This document shows positions 26,001-36,500 of a stretch of DNA of 64,000 nucleotides, one piece after another. Under the pieces are notes generated by a model. It ran no database searches, had not been told where the DNA came from, and saw only the letters and a list, made by a program, of their open reading frames with translations. The stretch is taken from assembly GCF_964355755.1 (NCBI RefSeq), contig NC_092678.1, positions 15,419,881-15,483,880 of the forward strand. The letters run 5' to 3'. The position numbers were made by a program, and so were the translations under genes. Within the stretch, counting starts at the first letter, position 1. The number at the start of each line of letters is the position of its first letter. Source of the DNA: Antedon mediterranea (taxonomy: Eukaryota > Animalia > Echinodermata).

Positions 26001-27404
26001 ATTAAGAAACTATCAACTTGTGACCACTGAGGACTGACAACCAATCTAGGTCAGGTCAATCACCTGGACCTAGAAAACTATAAAGCCAGTGACAATGTGA
26101 GGAGCGAGGACACACGAACTGACATGGCAAAGTTTGGTTGTCGGTCGTCGCAAATCATATGCTTCCTAGGCCTAGAGTGTCTCTAGGATGTTGGGGAAAG
26201 TGAGTAGGGGATCTATCCAAGTCACAAAAATGCTTTTATCATCTTTCTAAAATTGGGAAGCTTTATGGTAAAAGAAATCTAAATACATGTGACCGCGGAT
26301 TTGAACACTATTCCTGGGAATGGTAGCCAAGAATTCCGTTGAGAGGCAATCTCACTCACTCACAGTATTTTATATTTTTAAACCATTTTTGTAGCACTTT
26401 TATACCTTCCAATCTTTTGGATTTAGTGTCTTAAGCATAGTGTCATCTTCTTCGTCGAATATCGTTTCCTCTTCTTCGTCAGATGAGCTACTGGATTGTA
26501 CAGATTCATTGTGCGATAGTGAGTCTATTGCGACGACGTTGAGAGAATGCCTCATACTGTACCACCTGCCTACTGGTTCAATTTTAACATCGGACCTGAA
26601 AATAATACATTTTCGCATGATATAAGATTTCAACAATCTGATTAACAAAGGATGAAAATGTTAAGATTATTATATGCTAGGCCTATACCTTTACTAGCTA
26701 GGCCTATACAATATTATTTTTAGGCCCTCAGAGTCCTAGCTAGGACAGGTCTAATAAATAGTTATCGGCTATACTGTAAAAATACATCTATTCTAGGCCT
26801 ATCCTATACTAATAATGTATTGTTACTCTGTGTGTAGAAGGTTCGTGTAGAAGGCCTACTAGCCTGACATAGGGAGGGCCGCCTAGTTAGCTATACCACT
26901 GAACTCCCTGGCTTATTACTGGCCTAGAGATAGGCTTTAGTAGCCAGGCCTTAGTACTAGTAGGCCCAGAGGCTGGTAGGCCTAGGCTATATGGCTAGCA
27001 GGGAATAATTTCGCCAGTGTATGTAGCATAGCAAAAAGCTACCTATACAAAACAACAATATTGCTACACATTTCTAAAATTGTGTAGCAAAAAATACAAT
27101 ACAAAACTATGTTTCTTGACTCAAAAATCAGTTTGATTAGCAATTTTGCTAAACAAAATTACAAAATGAAATTTTTCCCTGGCTAGGCTAGTTGCCGCCT
27201 ACTAAAAAACCCTACATAGCATAGCCTATAGGCCTAGCTAGGCCCAGCCAGGGCCTCGGCCTATGCCTAGCTACTGTAATATTAATGCCTAGGCCTAGGC
27301 ATATTATGAATGTATGGTTTTATTGTACTTATATAGTTAAACAACTCACATAGTAGTCTTCCATATACAATAGACTCAGGCTGATTGTTCTCGTTTAATA
27401 ACAT
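2007..27404 (-). CDS. DNAJC2: DnaJ homolog subfamily C member 2 (zuotin/MPP11/ZRF1), 17 coding exons, about 607 aa; two apparent lesions (see findings)
   Basis: Manually spliced: EPVGRW; J-domain QDHYAVLGL...LKHHPDKR; [23 protein letters not shown]; [14 protein letters not shown]; two SANT domains ([26 protein letters not shown]; [14 protein letters not shown]...[22 protein letters not shown]). Splice phases are consistent except exon 1/2. Confidence 0.95.
3694..3845 (-). CDS. DNAJC2: DNAJC2 exon 16 (second SANT domain)
   Basis: [23 protein letters not shown]...[22 protein letters not shown]; AG/GTAGGT. Confidence 0.93.
3950..4197 (-). mobile_element. 5S rRNA-headed SINE (SINE3-like), degenerate
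   Basis: Reverse complement resembles 5S rRNA, followed by the same GAGAGTGATGG...GGACTAGCATGTGATAGG segment as the 16619 and 44625 copies. Confidence 0.7.
4331..4452. mobile_element. Short PIF/Harbinger-like MITE (AGCTCTGTCTACACTATCA family)
   Basis: TIR AGCTCTGTCT...AGACAGAGCT; further copies at 24871-25038 and ~54440-54730. Confidence 0.75.
4484..4585 (-). CDS. DNAJC2: DNAJC2 exon 15
   Basis: [34 protein letters not shown]; AG/GTGAGT. Confidence 0.9.
5110..5400 (+). mobile_element. tRNA-derived SINE with Deu-like core
   Basis: A box TGGCCGAGCGG, B box GGTTCGAGGC, core GAGTAGGGG..TTACCCCGGTG, A-rich tail; same family as 61580-61884. Confidence 0.75.
5426..5526 (-). CDS. DNAJC2: DNAJC2 exon 14
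   Basis: [33 protein letters not shown]; AG/GTAAGT. Confidence 0.94.
5880..7293 (+). mobile_element. Helitron/Helentron-like non-autonomous element (left boundary approximate)
   Basis: Ends in hairpin CTAGATGGTACGC-N-GCGTACCATCTAG followed by TT; internal short repeats GGGCAAAAT / ATTTTGCCC. Confidence 0.45.
7310..7830 (-). mobile_element. 3' fragment of CR1/L2-group LINE ORF2 and tail
   Basis: KFMYRY...LPTAFNGFF...H.YNTR...GPLLWNSLN is the typical C-terminus of CR1/L2-group ORF2. Confidence 0.75.
8025..8203 (-). CDS. DNAJC2: DNAJC2 exon 13
   Basis: [15 protein letters not shown]...[23 protein letters not shown]; AG/GT. Confidence 0.93.
8313..9231. mobile_element. Harbinger-like MITE
   Basis: TIR GGCCCCGTTTCTGCTGCC / GGCAGCAGAAACGGGCCC, 3-bp TAT flanks, internal ATACCGTAT repeats; related to 55088-55730. 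Confidence 0.75.
9387..9758. mobile_element. MITE with ~90-bp imperfect TIRs
   Basis: AGTTCTGCGGTG..GACGTCA..GGTTGCTAGC..ACCAAAA mirrored at 9690-9758; TA flanks. Confidence 0.7.
9766..9829 (-). CDS. DNAJC2: DNAJC2 exon 12
   Basis: [22 protein letters not shown]; phase 2 in, phase 0 out, fits neighbouring exons. Confidence 0.85.
9858..10350. mobile_element. MITE (AGGGAGGTTTCGCAA TIR; PIF/Harbinger-ISL2EU-like, tentative)
   Basis: TIR AGGGAGGTTTCGCAA / TTGCGAAACCTCCCT; inverted near-identical copy at 23790-24288. Confidence 0.8.
11276..12164 (-). pseudogene. Inverted second copy of the same Academ coding region, interrupted by a SINE
   Basis: [12 protein letters not shown]...[15 protein letters not shown]...[18 protein letters not shown]; [20 protein letters not shown]. 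Confidence 0.8.
11405..11728 (+). mobile_element. tRNA-derived SINE nested in Academ left arm
   Basis: TGGCGCAGTGG A box, GGTTCAAGCC B box, GTCCTTAAGCAAG...AAATGGGTACCGG core; absent from the right arm. Confidence 0.8.
12165..13221 (+). pseudogene. Academ transposase C-terminal half (XPG-like nuclease plus Cys-rich finger), frameshifted
   Basis: [26 protein letters not shown]; [14 protein letters not shown]; [13 protein letters not shown]; [20 protein letters not shown] then stop. Confidence 0.8.
13677..14750. mobile_element. MULE/Mutator-like MITE nested in Academ right arm
   Basis: TIR GGGTGTCACGAAAGCTCAGACC; 9-10-bp TSD GAACTCTAG(G) at 13668 and 14751. Confidence 0.85.
15526..16554. mobile_element. 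piggyBac-like non-autonomous element
   Basis: TTAA|CACTTTGGCTGCCA ... TGGCAGTCAAAGTG|TTAA; duplicated subterminal palindrome AAACACGAAGATCTTCGTGTTT. Confidence 0.8.
16619..16920 (+). mobile_element. 5S rRNA-headed SINE (SINE3/AmnSINE-like) with Deu-like core
   Basis: 5S-like head (GCCATAC...AAGTTAAGC...TGGATGGGAGACCG...GGGTGCTGTA), then a tRNA-like A box and TTCGAAAAGAGTAGGGG...CCCGGTG. Confidence 0.8.
16970..17058 (-). CDS. DNAJC2: DNAJC2 exon 11
   Basis: [29 protein letters not shown]; AG/GTCAGT. Confidence 0.9.
17279..17359 (-). CDS. DNAJC2: DNAJC2 exon 10
   Basis: [27 protein letters not shown]; AG/GTGAG. Confidence 0.9.
17480..17665 (+). mobile_element. 3' end of RTE-like LINE
   Basis: [15 protein letters not shown]...LAQKRTEW motif and TGATGACGAT-type tail. 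Confidence 0.6.
18053..18121 (-). CDS. DNAJC2: DNAJC2 exon 9
   Basis: [23 protein letters not shown]; AG/GT, phase 0/0. Confidence 0.88.
18860..18981 (-). CDS. DNAJC2: DNAJC2 exon 8 (acceptor reads CG, not AG)
   Basis: [28 protein letters not shown]; GTAAGC donor. Confidence 0.85.
19697..23148. mobile_element. EnSpm/CACTA-like non-autonomous element in DNAJC2 intron 7
   Basis: TIR CCCTTTGCAAAAAA / TTTTTTGCAAAGGG, 2-bp TSD AC, subterminal CGTATACG repeats at both ends. Confidence 0.8.
21166..21339. mobile_element. Small MITE, CAGGGAA...TTCCCTG, 5-bp TSD CAAAT
   Basis: Second copy at 26999-27181 has a different 5-bp TSD. Confidence 0.8.
23195..23352 (-). CDS. DNAJC2: DNAJC2 exon 7
   Basis: [34 protein letters not shown]...RIRQLV; AG/GTAAGT. 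Confidence 0.94.
23654..23734 (-). CDS. DNAJC2: DNAJC2 exon 6
   Basis: [27 protein letters not shown]; AG/GT. Confidence 0.92.
23790..24288. mobile_element. MITE (AGGGAGGTTTCGCAA family)
   Basis: Full TIRs, AAT flanks; inverted relative to 9858-10350. Confidence 0.8.
24601..24745 (-). CDS. DNAJC2: DNAJC2 exon 5
   Basis: [27 protein letters not shown]...VFKKNSR; AG/GT. Confidence 0.93.
24871..25038. mobile_element. Short Harbinger-like MITE
   Basis: AGCTCTGTCTACACTAT...ATAGTATAGACAGAGCT with TAA/TTA flanks. Confidence 0.75.
25464..25565 (-). CDS. DNAJC2: DNAJC2 exon 4
   Basis: [14 protein letters not shown]...DDYFTCITK; HPD motif; AG/GT. Confidence 0.93.
25879..25954 (-). CDS. DNAJC2: DNAJC2 exon 3
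   Basis: [25 protein letters not shown]; AG/GTAAGT. Confidence 0.93.
26406..26595 (-). CDS. DNAJC2: DNAJC2 exon 2
   Basis: [11 protein letters not shown]...[11 protein letters not shown]; ttcag acceptor, GT donor. Confidence 0.9.
26999..27181. mobile_element. Small MITE, CAGGGAA...TTCCCTG, 5-bp TSD GCTAG
   Basis: Homologous to 21166-21339. Confidence 0.8.
27350..27404 (-). CDS. DNAJC2: DNAJC2 exon 1 (probable)
   Basis: [21 protein letters not shown] followed by GTGAGT donor (phase 1). Confidence 0.65.
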
Positions 27405-27472
27405 TTTAAGCTCCGTTTTTCCTCGTAAAAAAGTCTACCTTATCACAGGTCCCACCAGCCAGAAGAGACACA

Positions 27473-27703
27473 CAGTTGTCGTATTCGATTTAGACTTTCA
27501 CCGTTGAGTACAGTTTTTCCGTTGAGTACTTCTTTAACGGAGTATTTTGAGCGTTGAGATTGTTCTTAACGAAAAAGCTTTCGTTGTCAACGTTTTCTAT
27601 TCGAATGACTTTCTGTTGAGCACAAATTTACAATTCGAATACAAAAAGTACTCAACGAATCTTTACGTTGAAAACGAAAGTTCCCAATCGAATACGACAA
27701 TTG
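27473..27703. mobile_element. MITE just upstream of the DNAJC2 start codon, 5-bp TSD ACACA
   Basis: TIR CAGTTGTCGTATTCGATT / AATCGAATACGACAATTG; internal CGTTGAG repeats. Confidence 0.75.
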
Positions 27704-30508
27704 ACACATGTTGTCAAAAACAGCAATAGCACCCTCAAGAACGTGAAAATGTATACCATACCAAAGATCTCAAAGCAGCTACTCTATCAATAGTGTAGGC
27801 CACTATGTAATATTCGTGTCATTTTTTTGTTAAAAGCAAAATTCCAGCTGATTTAGTGTCTTTAGGATGTAAAGTAATAAAAAAAATATGTTGCCATTTT
27901 TTTAAAAAAGCTTAAGGGTGTCAAATCCAAGATGGCCGCCAATACGTAAAATATCCAATAAATGTACCATATTGGACAAAACAGCCATTATGAATAACAT
28001 TTTAAGTTCATATGGGTTCTCTGCTGTATAAGAATTATTATAAACCTATATTCATTAGTATTCTGACATTTTGAATTTCAAAATGGCCGCCATTTTTTAA
28101 AAATTGATTAAATCTCTTATTAAAACATGTGCAAGTTATGACGTTGATTGAAATCACATAAAATGATAGGCCTATGACAACAACATTGGTGATTAACACA
28201 AAATGGCGGCCATTTTGAATTTTAAAATGGCCGCCATAAATTTCTTAAGTTAAATAAAATTAGATTGAAATACACAAAATGATAATGCTTATGACAACAA
28301 CATGGTGAGTAACACAAAATGTTGACCATCAGGAGGTCTACAGTACTGACAGTACACTTCTTCATATTAGAACATCTCATAAACTTCTTCAGTTAAATGA
28401 CAACTAACTCTGCCAAAGTCCTTCAATGAAATATTTCTAATCTTGAATGCGATACAATAAGTTGACCTTCCTTCGTTCTCTACTACTGTGTCCATCAAAC
28501 TTCCACAGACTGATCTGCGTTCCCAACAACCTTGTTCAGAAACAAATTGGCAAAATAACTGAAATACCTCATTTCACCGGCAAATAATCTCTATAGGAGT
28601 CCTCTTTTACTTTGATAAGTTTGTGACCTGTATTCACCGTCATATATATTTTTTGCCAATATTTGTCTTTTTCTTAGGATCCCATATATACAGTTTGCCT
28701 TCTACAAGACTTTTACCAATGCCTCAAACATTTTCTGTCCAATTTCATCATGCAATGGCCAACAAACACCTTTGTGCGAATTGCAACATTCTTCATTATT
28801 CGGGATATCATCTCCCTTTAAATATGTTAACTAGATTTGCCAGCTCTGATGAAATCATTAATTTGTGTTATTCCAATTATACCACGCTCAATGACCCTGA
28901 TCAATTGATGTAAATCCAGCAAGTCCCACACATACATGTCCTCTCATATACATATATTATAGGGATATAGTTTAACCACATCATTTAGAATTCGTCGACT
29001 CTCTGTATTCAAGTTAATATCTTTATGATCAGCCTCTTTAAAACAAAATGATACTTAAACTTAGAATCTCTTTTTTCTCTGTCTGCATTTGTAGAAGCAA
29101 GTTGTAGAGAGAAAGCAGAATTAGTGTGCTTCTGTCCTTTAGAGATGTTTTCCATTTAAGATATTTGTGTCACTGGTTGTATACCGTAGGTAATACAAGT
29201 TCAGTTTCAACAAAAGCACTTGCCTCAACACTATTTTCACAATGATACATGTCCAAAAGCCATATAGTTCACCGGGTCGACATAATAATTGCTTTTTGAT
29301 GTCATCTCTGTCCACCTCAACTCATCTCGGGCAAGAGTCATCACCAGGCATTCTTGTCTTTCCATAGTACATGAGTTTGTATACCACAACCATGTGCACT
29401 CATCAAACCAGTGTATAATACTGGTCTGTCTGTACATATCTAATGAAATTGGTTGAGATTGTAGAAGATGAGAAGTAGGAGTTCATTCATTTACAAGGTT
29501 ATTTATAGGCAGAGCTGTATCTGTATTTCTTTCAAGCTTCTGCCAAAAGTCGACAGATTTAAAACTTACCAACCATACTGGTGACTATGGCCCTGAAGGT
29601 TCAGAAATTGAATTACATAGCAATAACGCATTTATTATTTAACATATTTATACAGGATTTCACAATAAGGTATAAATGCACTTGTTTTATATTGTGGTCC
29701 TGTCTCCTTTCAAGTTTCAGTTTCATGAAAAGAAATGAGATCTGTAATTTAGAATCTATATAATATATAAATTATGGTTAATTCTGACATAGGCGAGCAC
29801 AATGGAAAAACTTTGGAACAAATTTCTGCCTTGGATAAATACCTGAACTATCTTAGGTGTACCGCGAAATGTAAAACAGTTTTCACTATTACGATATTGT
29901 TCCATATTTCTATCTTAGGAATATATTATAAAGAGTTTTAAAACAAAATTTCTGATTCATTGGTAGATTTTCAACTCAATTTCAATTGTACGCGGTCAAA
30001 TTAACTTCCGCGGGTTCACGATGAGTTCACAGGTTCACCTTGCAACAACTACCTGGTTTCAGTTAAGTTGGTCGTTAGTGGCTATAGCTATTTTATTTTT
30101 TTGTTTATTTTCGGATCGGACCGGGCGTGTGAAGGTACAGTAGTTAAAAAATAAAATCCCGACGATAGCCGAGTTTTATTGAGTAAGCTGGCAGGAATAA
30201 CTGTAGGCTATCTGTGTCCCATTAGGGCCCATATTGCAAGCCGTCTAAAACATCTTCTTGGGCCGAAACGGCCTACACTGTCGCGGAAGTTAGTTTCAAA
30301 AGATGTTTAAATTAAATAATGTATTATGATGGTATTTATTTGAATAAACGCCTCCCCAATAAAACATCACTTTGAATAATAATCGCCTACACCGCCCCCT
30401 CCCCCAAGTAACCCTTTTCATCTGGCCAGACGCAACACATGGCATCTCTATTTCTGAACAACTCTGGATACTGTACGTTGTTTTTATTCACATCATGAAT
30501 TAGGGTTG

Positions 30509-33500
30509 CCAAATATGCGAATGCGAATTTAAGTAAAGGGCTTGTTACAACCGCTAATGTAGAAAACGCCAGCTAATGTCGAAACAGCCGCTAATGTAGA
30601 ACAATCCACCAGCTAATGTTTGTAGAAACACCAACAGCTTATGTAGTAAATACAAATATACACCAGCTAATGTTGAACGGTCAACAGCTAATGTAGTAAC
30701 GAAAATTGCCTCCCAGCTAATGTAGTTATTATCGCCAGCTAAATTAGAAAATATAATATATTTTACAAATCTATGTCTAATTCATGCAAATGCATCTCTT
30801 TACTTAGCTATCTCGTAAACGACTGACTTCGTTAGCAACCACCTCTATTGAACGACCACCATCTCTGTTAAGGGACCGCTTCTCATAATCGCCCACCTCT
30901 TGTAAGGGATCATCTTCTTTCATAAGGGACCGCTTCTCATAATCGACCACCTCTCGTAAGCCATCACATCTTTTAACGACCACACCTCTCGTAAGTGACC
31001 ACATCTTTTAAGGGACCACAACTTCTTTCTTTCTCTTAAGGGACCACTTCTAATAATCTATCACCTTTAGCTACGAACACCTCTCGTAAATGACCACCTC
31101 TATTGAACGACCACCATCTCTGATTAGAGACCATTTCTCATAATCGAACACCTCTTCTTGATAACCTCTTCTCATAAGGGAACGCTTCTCATAACTTTCG
31201 TAAGCGACCACCTTCTTAACGACCACATCTCTCGTTAGAGACTACCTCTTTAAAGGACCACCGTTTTAAATGGGCTGCTTTTCATAATCGACCACTTCTC
31301 GTAAGCGACCACTTCTCTTAACAACCACAACTCTCGTAAGTAATCACCTCTATGAAGGGACAACAACCTCTCTCTCTCCCCATGACGAGAGGTGTGTTCG
31401 TTAAGAGAGGTGGTCGATTATGAGAAGCGTTTCCTTGACAGAGACGGTGGTCGTTTAATACAGGTGGTCACGTACGAGAGGTCGTTGTTACGGAAGATGG
31501 TCGATTATGAGAAGCGATATCTTAAGAGAGATGGTGGTCCCTTAAGAAAGATGGTGATTCTTTAAAAGAGATCGTCACTTACGAGAGGTGTGGTCTTAAG
31601 AGAAGCTATCGATTAAGAGATAGACTGATAGCTAAGTAAAGAAATGCATTTACACATGATGTAGACAAATATATAATATTTTCTACATGCTGGGAGGCAA
31701 TTTTTGTTACAACATTAGCTGTTGACCGTTCTACATTAACTGGTGTTGATTTTGTATACATAAACAATTTACTACATAAGCTGTTGGTGTTTCTACATTA
31801 GCTGAAGGTTTTACTACATTAGCGGTGGATTGTTCTACTTTAGCGGTCGTTTCGACATTAGTTGGCGTTTTGTACATTTGGTGTTGTAACAGATCATTTC
31901 AATTTCATAAAACACGAAGGTGTTTTTGAAGGATTATGTATTTGATAATAATTTATATAATTGTAATATAACTTGTATTCGTGACATTTCGTAGGCCTAG
32001 AGGTTTTATATTCTCTGTACTTACTCAGAAACTCGGTAAAATCATATTAGATTGTGGAAATTATGAATCTATTAAAGGTAATGTAGCTTTCTTGTTATTC
32101 TTGTCAGAATTTATTTTTTTAACAGGCTGAGCAGTTATGGTTCTAGTGGTTTGCATTGTAACGTGAACGACGTACTAGCCTATTAGAGCAATCAATAGGC
32201 TAATCTATCTCACGTATACCCATTTTACATTTTACATAATACGAACACGGTTGAATTTATATTACGTTTGGGCCAAATAATGTTAGATTATGTTAGAGAT
32301 ATAGTCTAGGACCTGGGTTAGATTTGTAAGAATTTAATTTAGGAGAGAATATCTCAACTGTTATAGGATAATTTGACCCCAACGAACAACATGGAATGTG
32401 TGCCAAATTCGCTATCCGAGACGAACATGCACAAAATCGGTGTTAAAAATGTGTGGTTCTTATATCTCGACAACCACTTGTCGTACAGATTTGATTTTGG
32501 TGTCAAATTGTTCAGAATATACATATTTATATTCGGTCTAACACAACTTTTAGCGAAAAATGCTTTACTGACCTTTGACCCAAAAATGATCAAAAAACAC
32601 ATTTTCGGTTTAAATTATTCTTTAACATGCCAATGGACAAACTGTATGGTATCAAATGAAAGCATATACAATATGCTACCCATTGCTACCCAACTTGTAT
32701 TGAAAATGTTTAATTATGAAGCTAATTGTATGGAAAATGTGCATATTTCGATTACTTTTATACACAAAAAATGAATATTTGGCAGCGTAATTGTTATGTT
32801 TATTTATATAAAATTAAATAATTTAAGTTTTTGGAAGAACAATTTGTCCATTGGCATTTTAAAGAATAATTAACCAGAAAATGTGCTGTTTGGGCCTGGG
32901 TCAAAAGTACTGGAAAAGCATTTCCGGTCATTATTTCGCTAAAAGTTGTGACCGAATATAAATATGTATATTCTGAACAATTTGACACCAAATATGCGAA
33001 TGCGAATTTAAGTAAAGGGCTTGTTACAACCGCTAATGTAGAAAACGCCAGCTAATGTCGAAACAGCCGCTAATGTAGAACAATCCACCAGCTAATGTTT
33101 GTAGAAACACCAACAGCTTATGTAGTAAATACAAATATACACCAGCTAATGTTGAACGGTCAACATCTAATGTAGTAACGAAAATTGCCTCCCAGCTAAT
33201 GTAGTTATTATCGCCAGCTAAATTAGAAAATATAATATATTTTACAAATCTATGTCTAATTCATGCAAATGCATCTCTTTACTTAGCTATCTCGTAAACG
33301 ACTGACTTCGTTAGCAACCACCTCTATTGAACGACCACCATCTCTGTTAAGGGACCGCTTCTCATAATCGCCCACCTCTTGTAAGGGATCATCTTCTTTC
33401 ATAAGGGACCGCTTCTCATAATCGACCACCTCTCGTAAGCCATCACATCTTTTAACGACCACACCTCTCGTAAGTGACCACATCTTTTAAGGGACCACAA

Positions 33501-36500
33501 CTTCTTTCTTTCTCTTAAGGGACCACTTCTAATAATCTATCACCTTTAGCTACGAACACCTCTCGTAAATGACCACCTCTATTGAACGACCACCATCTCT
33601 GATTAGAGACCATTTCTCATAATCGAACACCTCTTCTTGATAACCTCTTCTCATAAGGGAACGCTTCTCATAACTTTCGTAAGCGACCACCTTCTTAACG
33701 ACCACATCTCTCGTTAGAGACTACCTCTTTAAAGGACCACCGTTTTAAATGGGCTGCTTTTCATAATCGACCACTTCTCGTAAGCGACCACTTCTCTTAA
33801 CAACCACAACTCTCGTAAGTAATCACCTCTATGAAGGGACAACAACCTCTCTCTCTCCCCATGACGAGAGGTGTGTTCGTTAAGAGAGGTGGTCGATTAT
33901 GAGAAGCGTTTCCTTGACAGAGACGGTGGTCGTTTAATACAGGTGGTCACGTACGAGAGGTCGTTGTTACGGAAGATGGTCGATTATGAGAAGCGATATC
34001 TTAAGAGAGATGGTGGTCCCTTAAGAAAGATGGTGATTCTTTAAAAGAGATCGTCACTTACGAGAGGTGTGGTCTTAAGAGAAGCTATCGATTAAGAGAT
34101 AGACTGATAGCTAAGTAAAGAAATGCATTTACACATGATGTAGACAAATATATAATATTTTCTACATGCTGGGAGGCAATTTTTGTTACAACATTAGCTG
34201 TTGACCGTTCTACATTAACTGGTGTTGATTTTGTATACATAAACAATTTACTACATAAGCTGTTGGTGTTTCTACATTAGCTGAAGGTTTTACTACATTA
34301 GCGGTGGATTGTTCTACTTTAGCGGTCGTTTCGACATTAGTTGGCGTTTTGTACATTTGGTGTTGTAACAGATCATTTCAATTTCATAAAACACGAAGGT
34401 GTTTTTGAAGGATTATGTATTTGATAATAATTTATATAATTGTAATATAACTTGTATTCGTGACATTTCGTAGGCCTAGAGGTTTTATATTCTCTGTACT
34501 TACTCAGAAACTCGGTAAAATCATATTAGATTGTGGAAATTATGAATCTATTAAAGGTAATGTAGCTTTCTTGTTATTCTTGTCAGAATTTATTTTTTTA
34601 ACAGGCTGAGCAGTTATGGTTCTAGTGGTTTGCATTGTAACGTGAACGACGTACTAGCCTATTAGAGCAATCAATAGGCTAATCTATCTCACGTATACCC
34701 ATTTTACATTTTACATAATACGAACACGGTTGAATTTATATTACGTTTGGGCCAAATAATGTTAGATTATGTTAGAGATATAGTCTAGGACCTGGGTTAG
34801 ATTTGTAAGAATTTAATTTAGGAGAGAATATCTCAACTGTTATAGGATAATTTGACCCCAACGAACAACATGGAATGTGTGCCAAATTCGCTATCCGAGA
34901 CGAACATGCACAAAATCGGTGTTAAAAATGTGTGGTTCTTATATCTCGACAACCACTTGTCGTACAGATTTGATTTTGGTGTCAAATTGTTCAGAATATA
35001 CATATTTATATTCGGTCTAACACAACTTTTAGCGAAAAATGCTTTACTGACCTTTGACCCAAAAATGATCAAAAAACACATTTTCGGTTTAAATTATTCT
35101 TTAACATGCCAATGGACAAACTGTATGGTATCAAATGAAAGCATATACAATATGCTACCCATTGCTACCCAACTTGTATTGAAAATGTTTAATTATGAAG
35201 CTAATTGTATGGAAAATGTGCATATTTCGATTACTTTTATACACAAAAAATGAATATTTGGCAGCGTAATTGTTATGTTTATTTATATAAAATTAAATAA
35301 TTTAAGTTTTTGGAAGAACAATTTGTCCATTGGCATTTTAAAGAATAATTAACCAGAAAATGTGCTGTTTGGGCCTGGGTCAAAAGTACTGGAAAAGCAT
35401 TTCCGGTCATTATTTCGCTAAAAGTTGTGACCGAATATAAATATGTATATTCTGAACAATTTGACACCAAATATGCGAATGCGAATTTAAGTAAAGGGCT
35501 TGTTACAACCGCTAATGTAGAAAACGCCAGCTAATGTCGAAACAGCCGCTAATGTAGAACAATCCACCAGCTAATGTTTGTAGAAACACCAACAGCTTAT
35601 GTAGTAAATACAAATATACACCAGCTAATGTTGAACGGTCAACATCTAATGTAGTAACGAAAATTGCCTCCCAGCTAATGTAGTTATTATCGCCAGCTAA
35701 ATTAGAAAATATAATATATTTTACAAATCTATGTCTAATTCATGCAAATGCATCTCTTTACTTAGCTATCTCGTAAACGACTGACTTCGTTAGCAACCAC
35801 CTCTATTGAACGACCACCATCTCTGTTAAGGGACCGCTTCTCATAATCGCCCACCTCTTGTAAGGGATCATCTTCTTTCATAAGGGACCGCTTCTCATAA
35901 TCGACCACCTCTCGTAAGCCATCACATCTTTTAACGACCACACCTCTCGTAAGTGACCACATCTTTTAAGGGACCACAACTTCTTTCTTTCTCTTAAGGG
36001 ACCACTTCTAATAATCTATCACCTTTAGCTACGAACACCTCTCGTAAATGACCACCTCTATTGAACGACCACCATCTCTGATTAGAGACCATTTCTCATA
36101 ATCGAACACCTCTTCTTGATAACCTCTTCTCATAAGGGAACGCTTCTCATAACTTTCGTAAGCGACCACCTTCTTAACGACCACATCTCTCGTTAGAGAC
36201 TACCTCTTTAAAGGACCACCGTTTTAAATGGGCTGCTTTTCATAATCGACCACTTCTCGTAAGCGACCACTTCTCTTAACAACCACAACTCTCGTAAGTA
36301 ATCACCTCTATGAAGGGACAACAACCTCTCTCTCTCCCCATGACGAGAGGTGTGTTCGTTAAGAGAGGTGGTCGATTATGAGAAGCGTTTCCTTGACAGA
36401 GACGGTGGTCGTTTAATACAGGTGGTCACGTACGAGAGGTCGTTGTTACGGAAGATGGTCGATTATGAGAAGCGATATCTTAAGAGAGATGGTGGTCCCT

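Noticed and set aside
27790-29900. Possible decayed transposon with AAAATGGCCGCC subrepeats and coding-like DNA
   Set aside because: No matching second end and no recognisable protein motif found; left unannotated
30543-31891. Short repeats with variable spacers resembling a CRISPR array
   Set aside because: Repeats are degenerate, spacers are short and related, arms are inverted, there are no cas genes, and the context is eukaryotic; these are MITE subterminal repeats
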